Source: Chara braunii
Lineage: Eukaryota; Plantae; Charophyceae
DNA length: 64,000 bases
Direction of reading: 5' to 3'
Assembly (NCBI GenBank): GCA_003427395.1
Contig: BFEA01000007.1
Span: 1,217,285 to 1,281,284, forward strand
Under the pieces are notes generated by a model that saw only the letters and a program-made list of their open reading frames with translations, was not told the DNA's origin and searched no databases. How positions within the stretch are numbered: the stretch's first letter is position 1; each line of letters begins with the position of its first letter. A program made the translations under genes and the position numbers. Shown here piece after piece: positions 51,649-64,000 of this stretch.

Positions 51649-52319
51649 TTCTACCCAACAAACCAAGTGCTCAAAGCATGGAGGTTAATCCTGCAGCCTA
51701 CCTCCTTATATAGAACATCATCCTACACCTACCCTCGACCGATTACAAATACATCGAACACCCTGCGTCAAGGAAGAAGTGGAGAAGTGAGCACCCGCGT
51801 GGAGAACCCGAGGGTGATGACAAAGCAACGGCGATCTCAACCGTGCAAAGAGCACGTTCAGTCCCAAATCCGCCATTGGCCTCATGCCTTCAGGTTCCTG
51901 TACACAAAAAAAAATGAAGATCAACAAAAAAAGACCAAAATCTGGAAACATTTCGAAGTTCGTTTTCATCGTGATTAGAGTGTGGTGGAATGATAATTTT
52001 CTAAGAATCCTTACATTTCAAGTGGTGTCGAACGAGGCCCTAAGTTAAGACAAAAACCTTTTTTTTTTTTTTTTTTTTTTTTTTGAGGTGTTTTGAGGTC
52101 ATTTGAGATACCGGGGCCATTACTCGGCTTCGACTAAGAACAATTTGTGAACACGATGAGATTCAGAAACATGGGCAGGATCCTGAGTATGTAATGACCT
52201 ATTAGGGAATTACTCATGCAATAACCTGCCACAAAGGTCCTACGAATGCTCACTACCTTCAGGTTCCCTAACAAACCCTTTTAAGACTTCCCAACACCGT
52301 CTTACTCCTTGCTAAGGTC

Positions 52320-53030
52320 TTCCAGGCCTCATGCCCCCACCCTGCTAGGTTACAGGGCAACACAACTCGCCCCAACTCCGAGCAGCATCATCCCAGCAGC
52401 AACCCTTGGTCGTCCCTTGGGATGCCCACCCCAAAGCATCCCCAGATCTCTCTACTAGGCCTTATGCTCCTGCATCAACAGGTTACAGGGCAACACCCCA
52501 GCACCGGCCAGCGTCGTTCTGACATCGAACGACCATAGATCACTGAGTATAACAGCATCGAAACCGCCTAAGATGGATTGCTAAGGAAACCTAAAGTCCT
52601 AAGACATTCATAAGAACAACCGGCTTTTTTTTTTTTTTTTTCATTCAGACTCTACCAAGTCAATAGAATATCTGTGTCAAAAAGTCTTCCCATCACAAAT
52701 CAGATAGGTGAAACCTATTCAATCCACCTACGACCACCACCAGCATGGCTAATTTCAGCACGAACCGAAGCTTTTCCAGGCCTCATGCTCCTATCAGGTT
52801 AGGTTACAGAGTTGCACCACCTTGCTACAACACCAGCCAGCATTGCTCTAGTTACGACCCCCAATAACCACTGGGATTGCCCTTGCAAACAGCCCCCCAG
52901 AGCTCCCTACCAGGCCTCACGCCCCCACTAAGGTAGGTCATCGAGTTGCGCCACCTGGCTCCGGCTCGGACCAGCGTTGCTCGAGCATCGGTCTTCGAGG
53001 GCCACCGACTTTTCAACCACCCCTCGCAGG
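52320..53030 (+). repeat. Four diverged ~134-bp modules (AGGCCT[C/T]A[T/C]GC...AGGT[T/C]A), arranged as two pairs
   Basis: Copies start at ~52322, 52455, 52776 and 52910. Confidence 0.6.
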
Positions 53031-53529
53031 ATCACAGATGGCTTGCCAGATAACACCTATTCCTACAACCTCCTCGAGAGGCAACCAAATGGTAAGCTAT
53101 AGTAAACTGGATGATAGATTTCTTCGAGAGAGATGGTCCCTCCCTCCCCCTACCCCTTCCCCCTCAGCCCTACACTGCCTCCGCCGAGGAGAGTCACCCA
53201 CTCTCCCTCGGCCCCAATATAGGACCAATCCTCTCCCTCCCTTTTCTCAAGAGCACGCAGTTCCCACCTAAAGCATGCCCCCCCGCACCTTGCCCATTTC
53301 CGCCTCTGCAGGGACTGATGTTGACCCACACACATTCCCTGCCCCAGAATAAGGCAACCCCCTACTCCGCCCCTACCCTCTTTGAGACATTCACCCCCCA
53401 CCTTGCGATGCCCCTGCAGGGTAGAGCTCCCCCCACCCCCTTCCCGCCGTTCAGCCCTCCGGGAACAATCCGATCCAGCCGACTACAATTATTGATGACA
53501 CACTTACCAAAATATCATTCACTTGGATT

Positions 53530-53723
53530 TTGTTGATGACGATGGACAACACCCTGAAGACGATGATAATGAGAATGATGGTGGCAACCAACTCACCTGC
53601 TGATACAGAGCAACATCTAATGAAAACAAGCTGATGATGATGATGAAAATGATGAGAATGAAAACGGAATGATGATGCTGATCATACCAAAGAGCAGCAC
53701 CAACAGCCCCTATGATTACAAAC

Positions 53724-53760
<37 letters not shown>

Positions 53761-53932
53761 GATGATGTTGATGATATTGATGACGCAGTGATGATGATGA
53801 TGATGGTGATGTAAGTAATGATGATGATGATGATGATGATGATGATGCTGATGAAGATGATGACGCACAACGCCCTATGATGGCTACAAGATGATGATGT
53901 GTGATGATGAGCACCTTGGATGATAACCTAAA

Positions 53933-53981
<49 letters not shown>

Positions 53982-53992
53982 ATGATGATGAC

Positions 53993-54034
<42 letters not shown>

Positions 54035-54050
54035 CAACGCCCTATGATGA
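53530..54050. repeat. (GAT)n microsatellite region
   Basis: Read directly from the sequence. Confidence 0.95.
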
Positions 54051-54457
54051 CGTCAAGCTTTGCCAACCGTGCCGTATGATGGAGAGATATTTGATGATGG
54101 TGATACAACAATGAGTGACGAGCAGCACCCCTGATTCACGGCCCCTCGATAATAGTGATGATATACGCTTGCTCCCGCCCTGCAGGAGGTCGGGCCCAGC
54201 ATCGGTCAGAATGTATCTTCCGCTAAGACACGGAAAGATACATCGCCTGATGCAGTGATTCGTAGGTGTCACTCGCCCTTTGTTTCACCCTCTACTACTT
54301 ACCTGCCTGCTGCTACCATGAAGGTGCAACTACTGCCAGAAGCACCGCTTAACAAGAGCTCGCACCATCGAGATGGAGAGCACAACCAGGCGATGAGCGG
54401 GAGATGGCGACTTTTGAATCCCGAAGAACTAGTCATGTAAGATTGATATGTCGAGAC

Positions 54458-54804
54458 CTGCGTACACGACGAACGTGTTCGCGCCCCTTCACGTTCGCGT
54501 GAACGTGTTCGCGCTTTTGCGTGAACAACTCGCAAACATGTTCGGGCAAACATTTGTTTTTCGTAAAAAAAAAAAAAAAAAGTTCGGTTTTTTATTTTTA
54601 ACTCATGATTGGTTACGAATTGGAACATGACTCCAAAGCAGAAGTTGCTTGTATTTTTATTTTACCTAACATATATTGTTTTCAGATTTTCTTGAGACCT
54701 TTTTTTTTTTTTTTATGTTCGCGTTCGGAGGGTTTTGGGCGCTTGTTCGCGTTCGTGCGAACATGTTCGTGTTCGCCTCCGAACGCGAACACGGTGCTAC
54801 GTAG
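54458..54804. mobile_element. 347-bp MITE with 8-bp TSD (hAT-like)
   Basis: TSD GTCGAGAC at 54450-54457 and 54805-54812. Imperfect TIRs CTGCGTACAC and GTGCTACGTAG. Many GTTCGC/GCGAAC subterminal repeats. Confidence 0.75.
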
Positions 54805-57308
54805 GTCGAGACCATGAGGGAACCAGACACATGCATGATGAACGATAACTATCATCTAGCAATCTGATCATGACAAGGTAACCGCCCTACCCTAGGGGTT
54901 GCGAGATGTGAAGAAAGAGAAAGAATCTATCGATAGAACGCAGAAAGGCACATTGCCTATCTAACCTTTGTGCAGCTCCCATCTTCCACGCAACAAAAAC
55001 TATTAATGAAACGCCAAAACTATCCCTTCCATCATGTTCATCTCGCGTCAAAACCCCAGTTTCGACCCGTCTCTTGCCCAATCACATTAAGAAACGAGTG
55101 GGCTACGCAACTTACACTCTCGCTCTTTCTTTTTTTTCTCCCTCCTCGGCTCTGCCTCGCAAACTCTTTGTCTCCCATCTCCTTTTTTATCCTCTCATCA
55201 GCCAATCCGATTTCACCATGCAGGTCGCCCTCCTTCAAAAGTCGTTTTGCACTTTACCCCGCTTGTTTCTGTTAGGAATTGTGCACGCTATAAGTTCTTC
55301 CCTCCGCCTTCGTCATTGCCAAGTTTTCTCCACGGCCCATCTTCTCGTTTCCTTCCTCCTCTACTCTGGCGGCACTTAGCGCAGTCCGACCCTTTCGATA
55401 ACTCCAACTACCTTCAGGGGACTTTCAGAGGGAACCAACTACTCGATGGTTCGATAGTCCTTCGCCCCTATACCCAAGTCTGATGAAAGAACTGCATGTC
55501 AGTTCAGGTGCACGCGACTTCAGAAGGAACCAACTGCTTTGTGGCTCTGCACATCACACAGGGCATACTCACACTAGGACCTTCTGGGCTAAGCTTCGGA
55601 TCATGGGACCGGATGTAAGTGCAGTCAGATACATCCAAAAAAGTCCCAGTGTAAGTACGACTTGTATGTTAGTTTTGCTATGAGCCCTTACAAGGATACC
55701 GCCTGGTTGTGCCCTTCCCAAGCATAGGTCACCATCTTTCGGGCCCCAATGGGCAGGCTCACACTTAAACCTTCTCATAGCAGATCGTGGTTGGCGTGTG
55801 GTGCACTTACAGAGTGCCCCCGCGCTTCTGTTTCTTCTGCCGATAGAGGAATTTCGTCAGCATCCCGACTACGGAGGAAGCCGAAAGGGCCCGCCCAAAG
55901 AGGCGTGTGCTCAAGGTCCTCGACTGCCATGAAAGCCATCCGTGGGGAGGGTTTCAATTGCTCCCCACGGTAAAGCTGGTTACAGCAGCCCATGGTGGCC
56001 TGCACCCCACGTACAGTCGAGGAGGGTGGTGACGCTGTCATCGTCCACCCCCATTGACGGGGGATACACGACTTCCCCCCATCCCCTTTTTCGATCAGCA
56101 ATTTCAAGCATTCTTTAACTCTCTTTCCAAACTCTCTTCATCCCCTCTGCGGTACTCCTTTGTCGTCGGTCTTAGAACCAGTTTCTTGCCTGGTCAACAG
56201 ACGAGACCTTAAGAAAGGAAAAAAAAAAATAAAAAAAATAATAATAAAATTAGTAGAACTGAAGAGGACGAGGACCCACCGGCACCCTCTTGGTCTCGAA
56301 CCCCCTTATGAATAGTCCCAGAACTGTGATTGGGGTTATCAGCATAAAACGACTCTTCGTCTTGGCCTTCCAGCAACCCCCGATCGCTGGATAACGCCGT
56401 TTGTGCCAATGTTCTCGCCGCCTGACACTATGGTCATCGGACACACTATATGCGTTGCTGAAAACTCTCGACTTACCCCTATGCTAGATTCAATAGCGTC
56501 GTGCCTTTCAACGAGTCGCCAAACACAATCTTCCCGCGCATACAAAGGTAAGGTCTTTATCCCCTTTGCGTTAAGCCCTGCCTGAGGCCGAGCCAGTCTA
56601 CAAAGCAAAACTAGTCTTTATAAGATGCAAAAAAAAAAAAAAAAAAAAACCCTACAGAGATGGGGATTTAACCAGGCCTTATGGTTTTGGCGACTTCCGC
56701 CGGCCTGGTATAGTCGTCGACTAAACGGTCATCTCACTGTGCTACGCAATAATGCGGGCCACACACACTCTCTAAGTCAATCATATTAGGTTTGGGCTAT
56801 TGCCAAAAGTCAGGTTGCCGAGATGAGCTCCCCGACGGGATCTGTCCCATCAATGCGTTATGTTTATCAAGGACGCACCCAGTGCGACCTTTAAAAACGA
56901 CGACAAATACCCTTGCAAGGGTGTTTGCTACAAGAACGCTGTGAAAGGGATGGGCCGCAAAATTTTAGTTACTCGTACCACGGGCTTTGGTGTCGTGTGT
57001 GAGGTACGAAACTCTTACATCCTAGCCTACGTGGCATGACAACCATTGGATGGACAGAGGGAGGTTATCCTTGGGACGGGCGAGGCAGGCAGGGGCTGCC
57101 AGACCCACGAATCGATAACCTGTTGGGCACAGAGCTCTTCATAAAGAAGATTTGTTCCTGCTTGATGTGAAATGGGCTAGCTCCTTTTTGATGGAGCATC
57201 CCTGGTTGAGATAATATGGCGCAGTCCATTCCGACCGCGCGAAATCGCTCGGGCGCCATTGTAGACCATGTGCAACAGTGCAACGATGACACGCTTAAAT
57301 CGGAAAAA

Positions 57309-57339
<31 letters not shown>

Positions 57340-57514
57340 TTCGGAATCGTATGGATCCGAATTTAGGTCTGTATTTCAACAGTTCGTGGATCATCCATGA
57401 CTGAAGAGTGACCGTTGGTTTCAACCAACGAGAAAAAACAAAAAAAATAAAAAAAAAACGAAGCGTTTGTTGGCGCACGCCGCACTTAGGGGGAAGGCGA
57501 AGTGGAAGGTGCCC

Positions 57515-59495
57515 TGTGACGAACCGATTTCTGTTCCTCGCGATCTTCCGCGCGAGGACAATGAGGGGTCCTAAGACAGGAAGGTTGGGCCAATTATGGG
57601 AGATCGAGATCGAAGAGAAAATTGCATCGGTGTCCTCGCTTCTTCGTCTTTTTACGTCGCTTCTTTTTGGACGACTGGGTTCAGGGATGGGCAAGTCCCA
57701 GGATGATCGGTTGACTAGCGCGGCGACAGAGGCGCGATTAATAATGTTGGACGTCGCTTCTTTCTTGCTCTATTGTCGGGTTCTTGGCGCGGTGATCGCG
57801 CGGGATGTTTTGCTTCGTTTTGAATTTCTTTTTGAATCTTGTCGAGCCCTCGATGACTCTCGGAATTTCGGACTTCCTTTTCGGATCTGTGCTTTTTGCA
57901 TTTTTGCAGTAGTAGGAATTTAGGAATTTAGAAATTCGGGACTTCTTTTGTCGCGCGTTGCTTTTGCTTGCACGCTTATTTTTGTGGCTGCAGCGGAACT
58001 ATGATTAATCGACGCCTTTAATCTTGTGTGTAACTGTAATTTTTGAGCAGGCGCCATTATAACTGTATCTTTCTTCTTGGGCTTCGTCTTTCCCACCCTC
58101 TCTTTTCCATTTGCTGTGACTGGTTAGCCGCGGACTGCATGCTAGGATCAATGAGTGGAGAGTGGCTTCGTCCCCTACGCCGCGGTCTGGTCAAGCAGAA
58201 CGTAGGCAATCCCTTCACTTCTCTCTTCCAAGTCCTAGCAATTCTGTGTCCTTTGCGCAGGCATGCACGCTATAAATCTCAACTGCACAATTAGATAACT
58301 CTCTTAACTAGTCACCGAAAGGTCGGGGTAGTGCGATCACTGAGGGTCGGCTCATGAGCGAAGTAAGAGGTGAGTTGAAGTGGGAGTTGGGCGACCCGAC
58401 GAGCTGGTGCCGAATGTGCGAGATTGACGTGTGGGGCTACGACGGACTGTAGCGCGCAGGCAAATCCGACGGGCACAGAAGGGTTAAGTGGGGTGATAAC
58501 TTCGTGGGTTGGTGCGTGACGACGTCTTTTGCGTAAGCGTCAGCTGACAGACTCGGGTGTGAGCGAACACCTCGTGTGGATACGTGTAAGCGCGATCTGA
58601 ATTGCGCGGCCTACACGTGTCCACGCGCCGCGAGTCGCGATCGTTTACAAGCCTGGCACCCCCAATACCGGGATAGGTGAGGAATTTTCCTCCTTTCAAT
58701 CACCAGAGCTGGCAGGAATTTCCGACACCATATCTGGAGATCCCCCTGTCAGTCAGAAGCGTGCGGAAGGATTCCACCATACTGCAATGACAAGATGGCG
58801 TACACATGGGACCCAGGGTACTTAGAGCAGTGGGAGGGGGAATATCTTAGACCGAGTTATCCAGAATTTCCCTGTCTAACCGAAAACCGACTGTGTGCCT
58901 GAAACTTTCACCGTGCCATAACCAGCGACCCAAGGTGCCCCCGACTACCCGACCACTTATAACACGCAATATTTCATATCCCTCGGCTTCGTCGTCATCG
59001 CCACAAATTTCCCTCGCTTCCACATCCTCCTCCCATACCACCAGCTCGCAGTGGTTCCGTGGAATTCCATAGTCCCGTATTAGCCCCACACGCCTTGCAG
59101 AAATTGTAGACGACGCGGCAACCGTCGAACTTCTGGAATTACGGAACCTACTCATAATATGCGACGACAATCGACACGCGTCTGCCCCCAGAGGTCCGAC
59201 TCATAGGAAACGCGACCCTCACGAACGGACCTCTAACCGAACCGCCGGGTCGGATGACCCAGAATGCACTGCGCATGTCATCTGCCTTATGCTACACGAC
59301 ATCGACTGCCATCAGACCGGAAGCAGCCCGTCCCTTAGCCTTATTGCACCTATGCCCCCGAAACCGCGTCACAGGAGATCTCAGTTCTGACCTGGGACTC
59401 CACCCCTACTTTCCCAAAAATCCTTGGCACACCCATTTTCGCACTTCCAGGCTCATATCCCACTCCGAACAGGAAGTCGCTACCGGGCGTGAGGT
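57515..59495 (+). repeat. 5' LTR of E2 (~1.98 kb); ends GGGCGTGAGGT
   Basis: The first ~1 kb and last ~130 bp align with the E1 LTR; the middle has diverged. Confidence 0.85.
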
Positions 59496-59508
59496 TGGTA
59501 TCGGAGCC
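59496..59508 (+). promoter_or_regulatory. PBS TGGTATCGGAGCC (tRNA-iMet type)
   Basis: Same sequence as the E1 PBS. Confidence 0.88.
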
Positions 59509-59562
59509 TGACACGTGGTGGGGTTTTATAATTTGTGTGGTGATAACGAAGATCGAAGCGAT

Positions 59563-62500
59563 CTGGCTAACAGAGGGCGACCTCGACCTCGGAACGCGCA
59601 TCGACGCGACCTCGTCATTACCAGAAGCCGGTTTGCGGCTCGACGGGCGGTCAACATAAACGCTAATCAACAGAACCCGAACCCCCAACAAAACCTCAAT
59701 CCACAACATAATCCTAATCAACACGTACCACGAGCACGGACTCCCATGACGCCACCTGATCTATATCTATTCGACCCTGCACATCACCTTGCTGGAGCAT
59801 GGTTGGCCACGCTCCGAGCTCAACAATACGATGACAACGAAGCACATGTGAACTTTTCCACTTGATTTGGGGGGGACACTCATTATTGGTTTAACACCTA
59901 TGTGTGGGTTGATCTCCCGACACTTGAGCGCGACTTCCTGAACCGATTCGATTATATCCATCCTGAACAGACTCTTTTCATAATTAAAGACCGAGTTCAA
60001 AAACCCCTCGAGTCCGTCACCGAGTATCGAAACCGATTTTACAGGATGTTTGTGAAAACAGAACGGGGTGAACAGGTAGGAAAAAAATTGTTTATCGATG
60101 GGCTTCGCAGTAGAACGATGAGGGCGAAACTGCGAAAACAGTTGTCCCCCATCAATCATGCACTACAACAAATCATGGCGGTCGCAGAGGAAATGGAACG
60201 AAAGTTCGCCACGAGTTTCCTAGAAGGAGAGGATTATCCTAGGGAGGGAGACTCGTCCGAGCTAGCAAGGGCCAAAGTTGAGCTGGCTGGGTTACAAAAT
60301 AAGTTCGAAAACATGGGGTTTGTATCTGGCCCTGTCACCTATCTGGAACAGATTACCCCCAAACGACCAGCCCCGAGTGTGATTACGAGCATGCCCGTTC
60401 CCGTGATGACGGCACCCCCACCTCCGATCGAAAGTCCCGCACGACCGAATGAATCTTCCGCCTTATTGGAACTAACTAAAACACTGGTCAATCTGATTCC
60501 GGAAAGCAAAAAGGAACAGGGGGAACCCAATGCTCGAATAGAGGTGATGATGAGGTTGATGCGACCACTAGCGGTGCGTGCCGCCCTGATTCAACACGGA
60601 CTGGCCCCGGCACCCCCTCCCTCATGGATCCTTGGCAATCTGAACATCTGTTACACGTGTCATCAACCAGGGCACATAGCCCGAGATTGCCCCCACCGAC
60701 CTCCGCAACCACGGGTCGGGGCGGCGCCTGTAGCGGCAACTCCGATCGCAAACGGACCTGGACGAGTAGGAGCATTAATGGAAGAAATGGAAGTGGGTGG
60801 AAACGCGTTAGCCACAAGGGAAGAAGTCGCTGAGCTTATTCTGTTGGATCAATATGTAACACTTGGTTATCCGGGGCTTGGGATGACTGGAACGATTAGA
60901 CCAGCGCCAGAACAGAGGGCAGTAGTGGAGTGGCGACCTTACACAGGGGAGATGGAGTCGGGAGGACCTACCTTCGTTACCAGAGAAATCGATGTTTTAA
61001 ACATCGTGCGAACTTTAGATCATCGGATTCCTCTTCCGATCGGTCATCTACTATCAATATCGGAACAGACCAATGAACGCATGCCGCAACACTGCAAGGC
61101 GAATCGAAAACGATTCGCCCTCGCCCGGACAGCAAACACGAAAACAAAAAATCCAACACAAGACGAAAATGCTGCTGGCACTTCCGACCCAATAAGGTTA
61201 GGATTAATTTAGAAGGATGATCACGTCCTACGGATTAAACCAATCCCATGGAAATCCGCCGAATCCGATATCAAGGTATGGGGAACCCCATACAACGCTA
61301 TTATTGATTCTGGAGCTGCTGTCTTGGCTATCTCATTACGGGTAGCTGAAATGGCAGAAAAAAAGAATGATCTGATTATGCTTGCGGAAAAAGATCAGCT
61401 CGTTTTAGCAGATGAAGAGAAGATTAAAATGGTAGGGCGGATGACCAATGTTGCTTTTCGATTGGGAAAGGTGCATACTCTGGGAGATGTCGTAGTCTTG
61501 GACGTGAACGCTTACGACGTCCTCTTTGGCCTTCCCGCTCTTGTGGCCTTGCGAGCCAATCTGGACTTCGAGAGGCGATCGATTGTCCTCTGAAATATGG
61601 GAGGAAAGCCCTATGTTGTACCTATGAGGCTAACCCTTCTTACCACTGCTAACGTAACCCCGCGATTTTCTCAAATAATGACGGGAACTCTTCACGTGAT
61701 CATCTGGGATAACTCTGCCAACGGTGAATAATCCTGAAAAGATGCGGACAATAGTGATGAGGACGATCCAGTAATTCTGAAGATTGTGCAACAGCGTATC
61801 GATTACCATGTGCAACGAGTGAATGCGAAACCATTGAGCCTGACTGACCAAAATCTACAAAGAACGCAAGCAACGATTATGGGTGAACCTCTCGTGCAGA
61901 TTTCGAGAATGGTTGATTCTTTGGAACCCCGTCGAACCCTGTACGAAGGTATCTCCCCTCTCCTTGCACGATATAACGACAAAAGACACTTCTGCGACAT
62001 TACAAATCTCCCCCGATCTCTTTTGTCAAAAGAGATACGATTGTTACGCTTAGGGGTGGAGACCAATTCTTTGGAACCCCCTAAGCGCCTCGAAACTGGA
62101 CTCGGATCAGAATCACAACCAAGCCCGTGCCATGGCAGGATATTCGCGACGGAGTAACGTCGGAAGAACACGTGGCCATTCGGGAGCAGGATGCGCAAAT
62201 GATGGCTACGGTATTTTCCTGGCGATCGGACAATTCTTTCATCTCCGCACCCCCGCCTGAATCCACTAAACGGGTAAGCATGAAACAAGTCGACGTACGA
62301 ATATGGGACCAGTTGTACGAGCTACACGTGCCCCATTACGTACCCGATGAAATTCATTACCTCATCGCGGATATTCTGAAAGAATGCCAGGGTGCGATTA
62401 GTGTGACGGACGTAGACATTGGACTGTTGCTAGTCATACAACATGAAATTCAGACCGCGAACCATCCCCCGATCCATTGTAAGCCCTACAGATACTCCCT

Positions 62501-63955
62501 GGTAGAACGAAAGATGGTTTTTCAGCGGATCATGGAGTTCGAAGCCAATGGATGGATCGACTACAGATACTCCCTGGTAGAACGAAAGATGGTTTTTCAG
62601 CGGATCATGGAGTTCGAAGCCAATGGATGGATCGAACCTGCAACTGGGCCCTCGTCATTTCCGGTAGTGTTAGTTCCGAAGAAGAACGGGTCGATTCGCA
62701 TATGCATCGATTATCGCAAGCTGAATGACATCACAATCAAAAATGTCTATCCCCTTCCCCGGATCGATGATTTGTTGGATGCGATTGAATGTGCTAATTG
62801 TTTTAGTAAATTTGATATTCGCCATGGCTTCCAACACATTCTGGTTAAGGAGGAAGATCGACAAAAAACGGCCTTCGTATTGTTTGAAGGCACGTGGCAG
62901 TGGGTTCGGTGTCCGATGGGAATTTGCAACGTGCCTGCCACGTTTCAGCGAGCTATGAACGTGACGTTCCAGAACTTCGTTAACAAGACACGGCTAACTC
63001 AGGGGATGATCAACTTTTGCGCCATCGTGTACATGGACGACATCTTGGTCTACTTTGAAACCTATCACAGGCATGCACAGCACATCGAGTGGACGCTGGG
63101 AGCTCTGAGAGATGTTGGGTTCAAAATCGCGCTCGAGAAGAGCGAAATTTTCCTCTCGGAAATCTTGTTCTTGGGTTACGTGGTGACACGTGGAGGACTG
63201 CAGCCAGATTCGAGGAAGGTCGCGGCGGTGAAAGACGCCCTTGTTCCTACGTCACTAACGCAGGTTCGAGCTTTCTTGGGACTAGCATCGTACTACCGTC
63301 GCTTCTTCAAGGGCTTCGCCGCAATAGCACGACCCCTGACGAAATTGCTAGGGAAGGACCAACCCCTCAGTTGGGACGCAGAGTGCGAACATGCTTTCGC
63401 CACCCTCAAGGACGGCCTGGTTACGACACCTATTTTGATCTGGCCTGACCCTACGAAGCAGTTCATTCTTATCACCGACTGGCAGCCAGAGGCGATTTCC
63501 GCTATTTTAGCGCAGAAGGGGAACGACGGTTGAGAACACGTTATCGAGTATGCATCTCGTACAGTGCCAAACGAGCGAAGGAACGACTCAGCCCCGCAGG
63601 GTGAATGCTACGCAGTGGTCTAGGGGATTCAACACTTCCATCCGTATCTCTATGGACATAAGTTCCTCCTCGTGACAGACCACGAGCCATTGCTGGTACT
63701 AAAGAGACTCACTAATTACACGGGTATGATTGAACGATGGGCTGTGCGCCTATAGGAGTACGATTTCGACATCATTCATTGAAAGACAAAGAGGCACTGC
63801 AACGCAGACGGGCTGACACGTATACATCGACCAGCTAAGGTACCTAAAGGGGAATAATCATTCCGTGGAAGGAACCAGAATCGGCGAACGGACCCAAGTA
63901 CGGACAGGTGGCAGTCCTTCCACGTGGCAAGAAGCAGACAAGTGGCAATGGGTGA
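59563..63955 (+). pseudogene. E2 gag-protease-RT-RNase H polyprotein with premature stops and frameshifts
   Basis: CYTCHQPGHIARDC, protease AIIDSGAA (~61295-61320), VYMDDILV and RNase H. Contains an in-frame 75-bp duplication at ~62485-62635. Confidence 0.93.
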
Positions 63956-64000
63956 TGGAGGTAATCCTGCAACTCCTCTCTCTTCCCTCTCACCTTCGTC

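Larger units (their letters stand above)
57515..64000 (+). mobile_element. Second Ty3/Gypsy element (E2) of the E1 family, cut off by the window end
   Basis: Starts TGTGACGAACC like E1, followed by LTR, PBS, gag, PR, RT and RNase H. Confidence 0.95.

Noticed and set aside
52190-53500. Possible solo LTR starting TGTAATGACC
   Set aside because: No matching right end or TSD could be identified.
53519-54037. Poly-Ile/Ser/His ORF
   Set aside because: It is a (GAT)n microsatellite.
55480-55510. CTGATGA followed by a small hairpin (also at 32635, and CTGAAGA at ~49130)
   Set aside because: No GAAA or closing stems, so these are not hammerheads.
55000-56600. Minus-strand ORF fragments, possibly another decayed retroelement
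   Set aside because: No recognisable motif to support a call.

Overview
Eukaryotic, repeat-dominated DNA with N gaps and microsatellites. No clearly conserved cellular gene is visible. The TE content and style suggest a charophyte alga such as Chara (inference only). Main contents: (1) two related ~81-bp satellite arrays in opposite orientation (1-3430 and 8040-10260); (2) a chromodomain-bearing Ty3/Gypsy integrase remnant with its LTR; (3) a complete but decayed 14.2-kb Ty3/Gypsy element on the minus strand (16073-30286, 4-bp TSD CCAC); (4) a second member of that family on the plus strand (57515 to window end); (5) a Penelope-like remnant with an N-terminal GIY-YIG domain; (6) a minimal hammerhead ribozyme; (7) several MITEs and tandem duplications. 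The most unusual signal is the architecture of the Gypsy family. In both copies the 5' LTR runs into the PBS without the terminal ...CACA. The complete copy has no PPT; its 3' LTR is preceded by a palindromic end-to-end junction (TTGGGCATCACA-TA-TGTGACG) and carries the extra terminal segment. This gives an A-internal-B-A-B split-repeat layout in an element with a DDE integrase. The same family appears polycistronic: integrase and a downstream ORF begin at stop/start overlaps (ATGGGTGA, ATGA), and gag probably starts at CUG.
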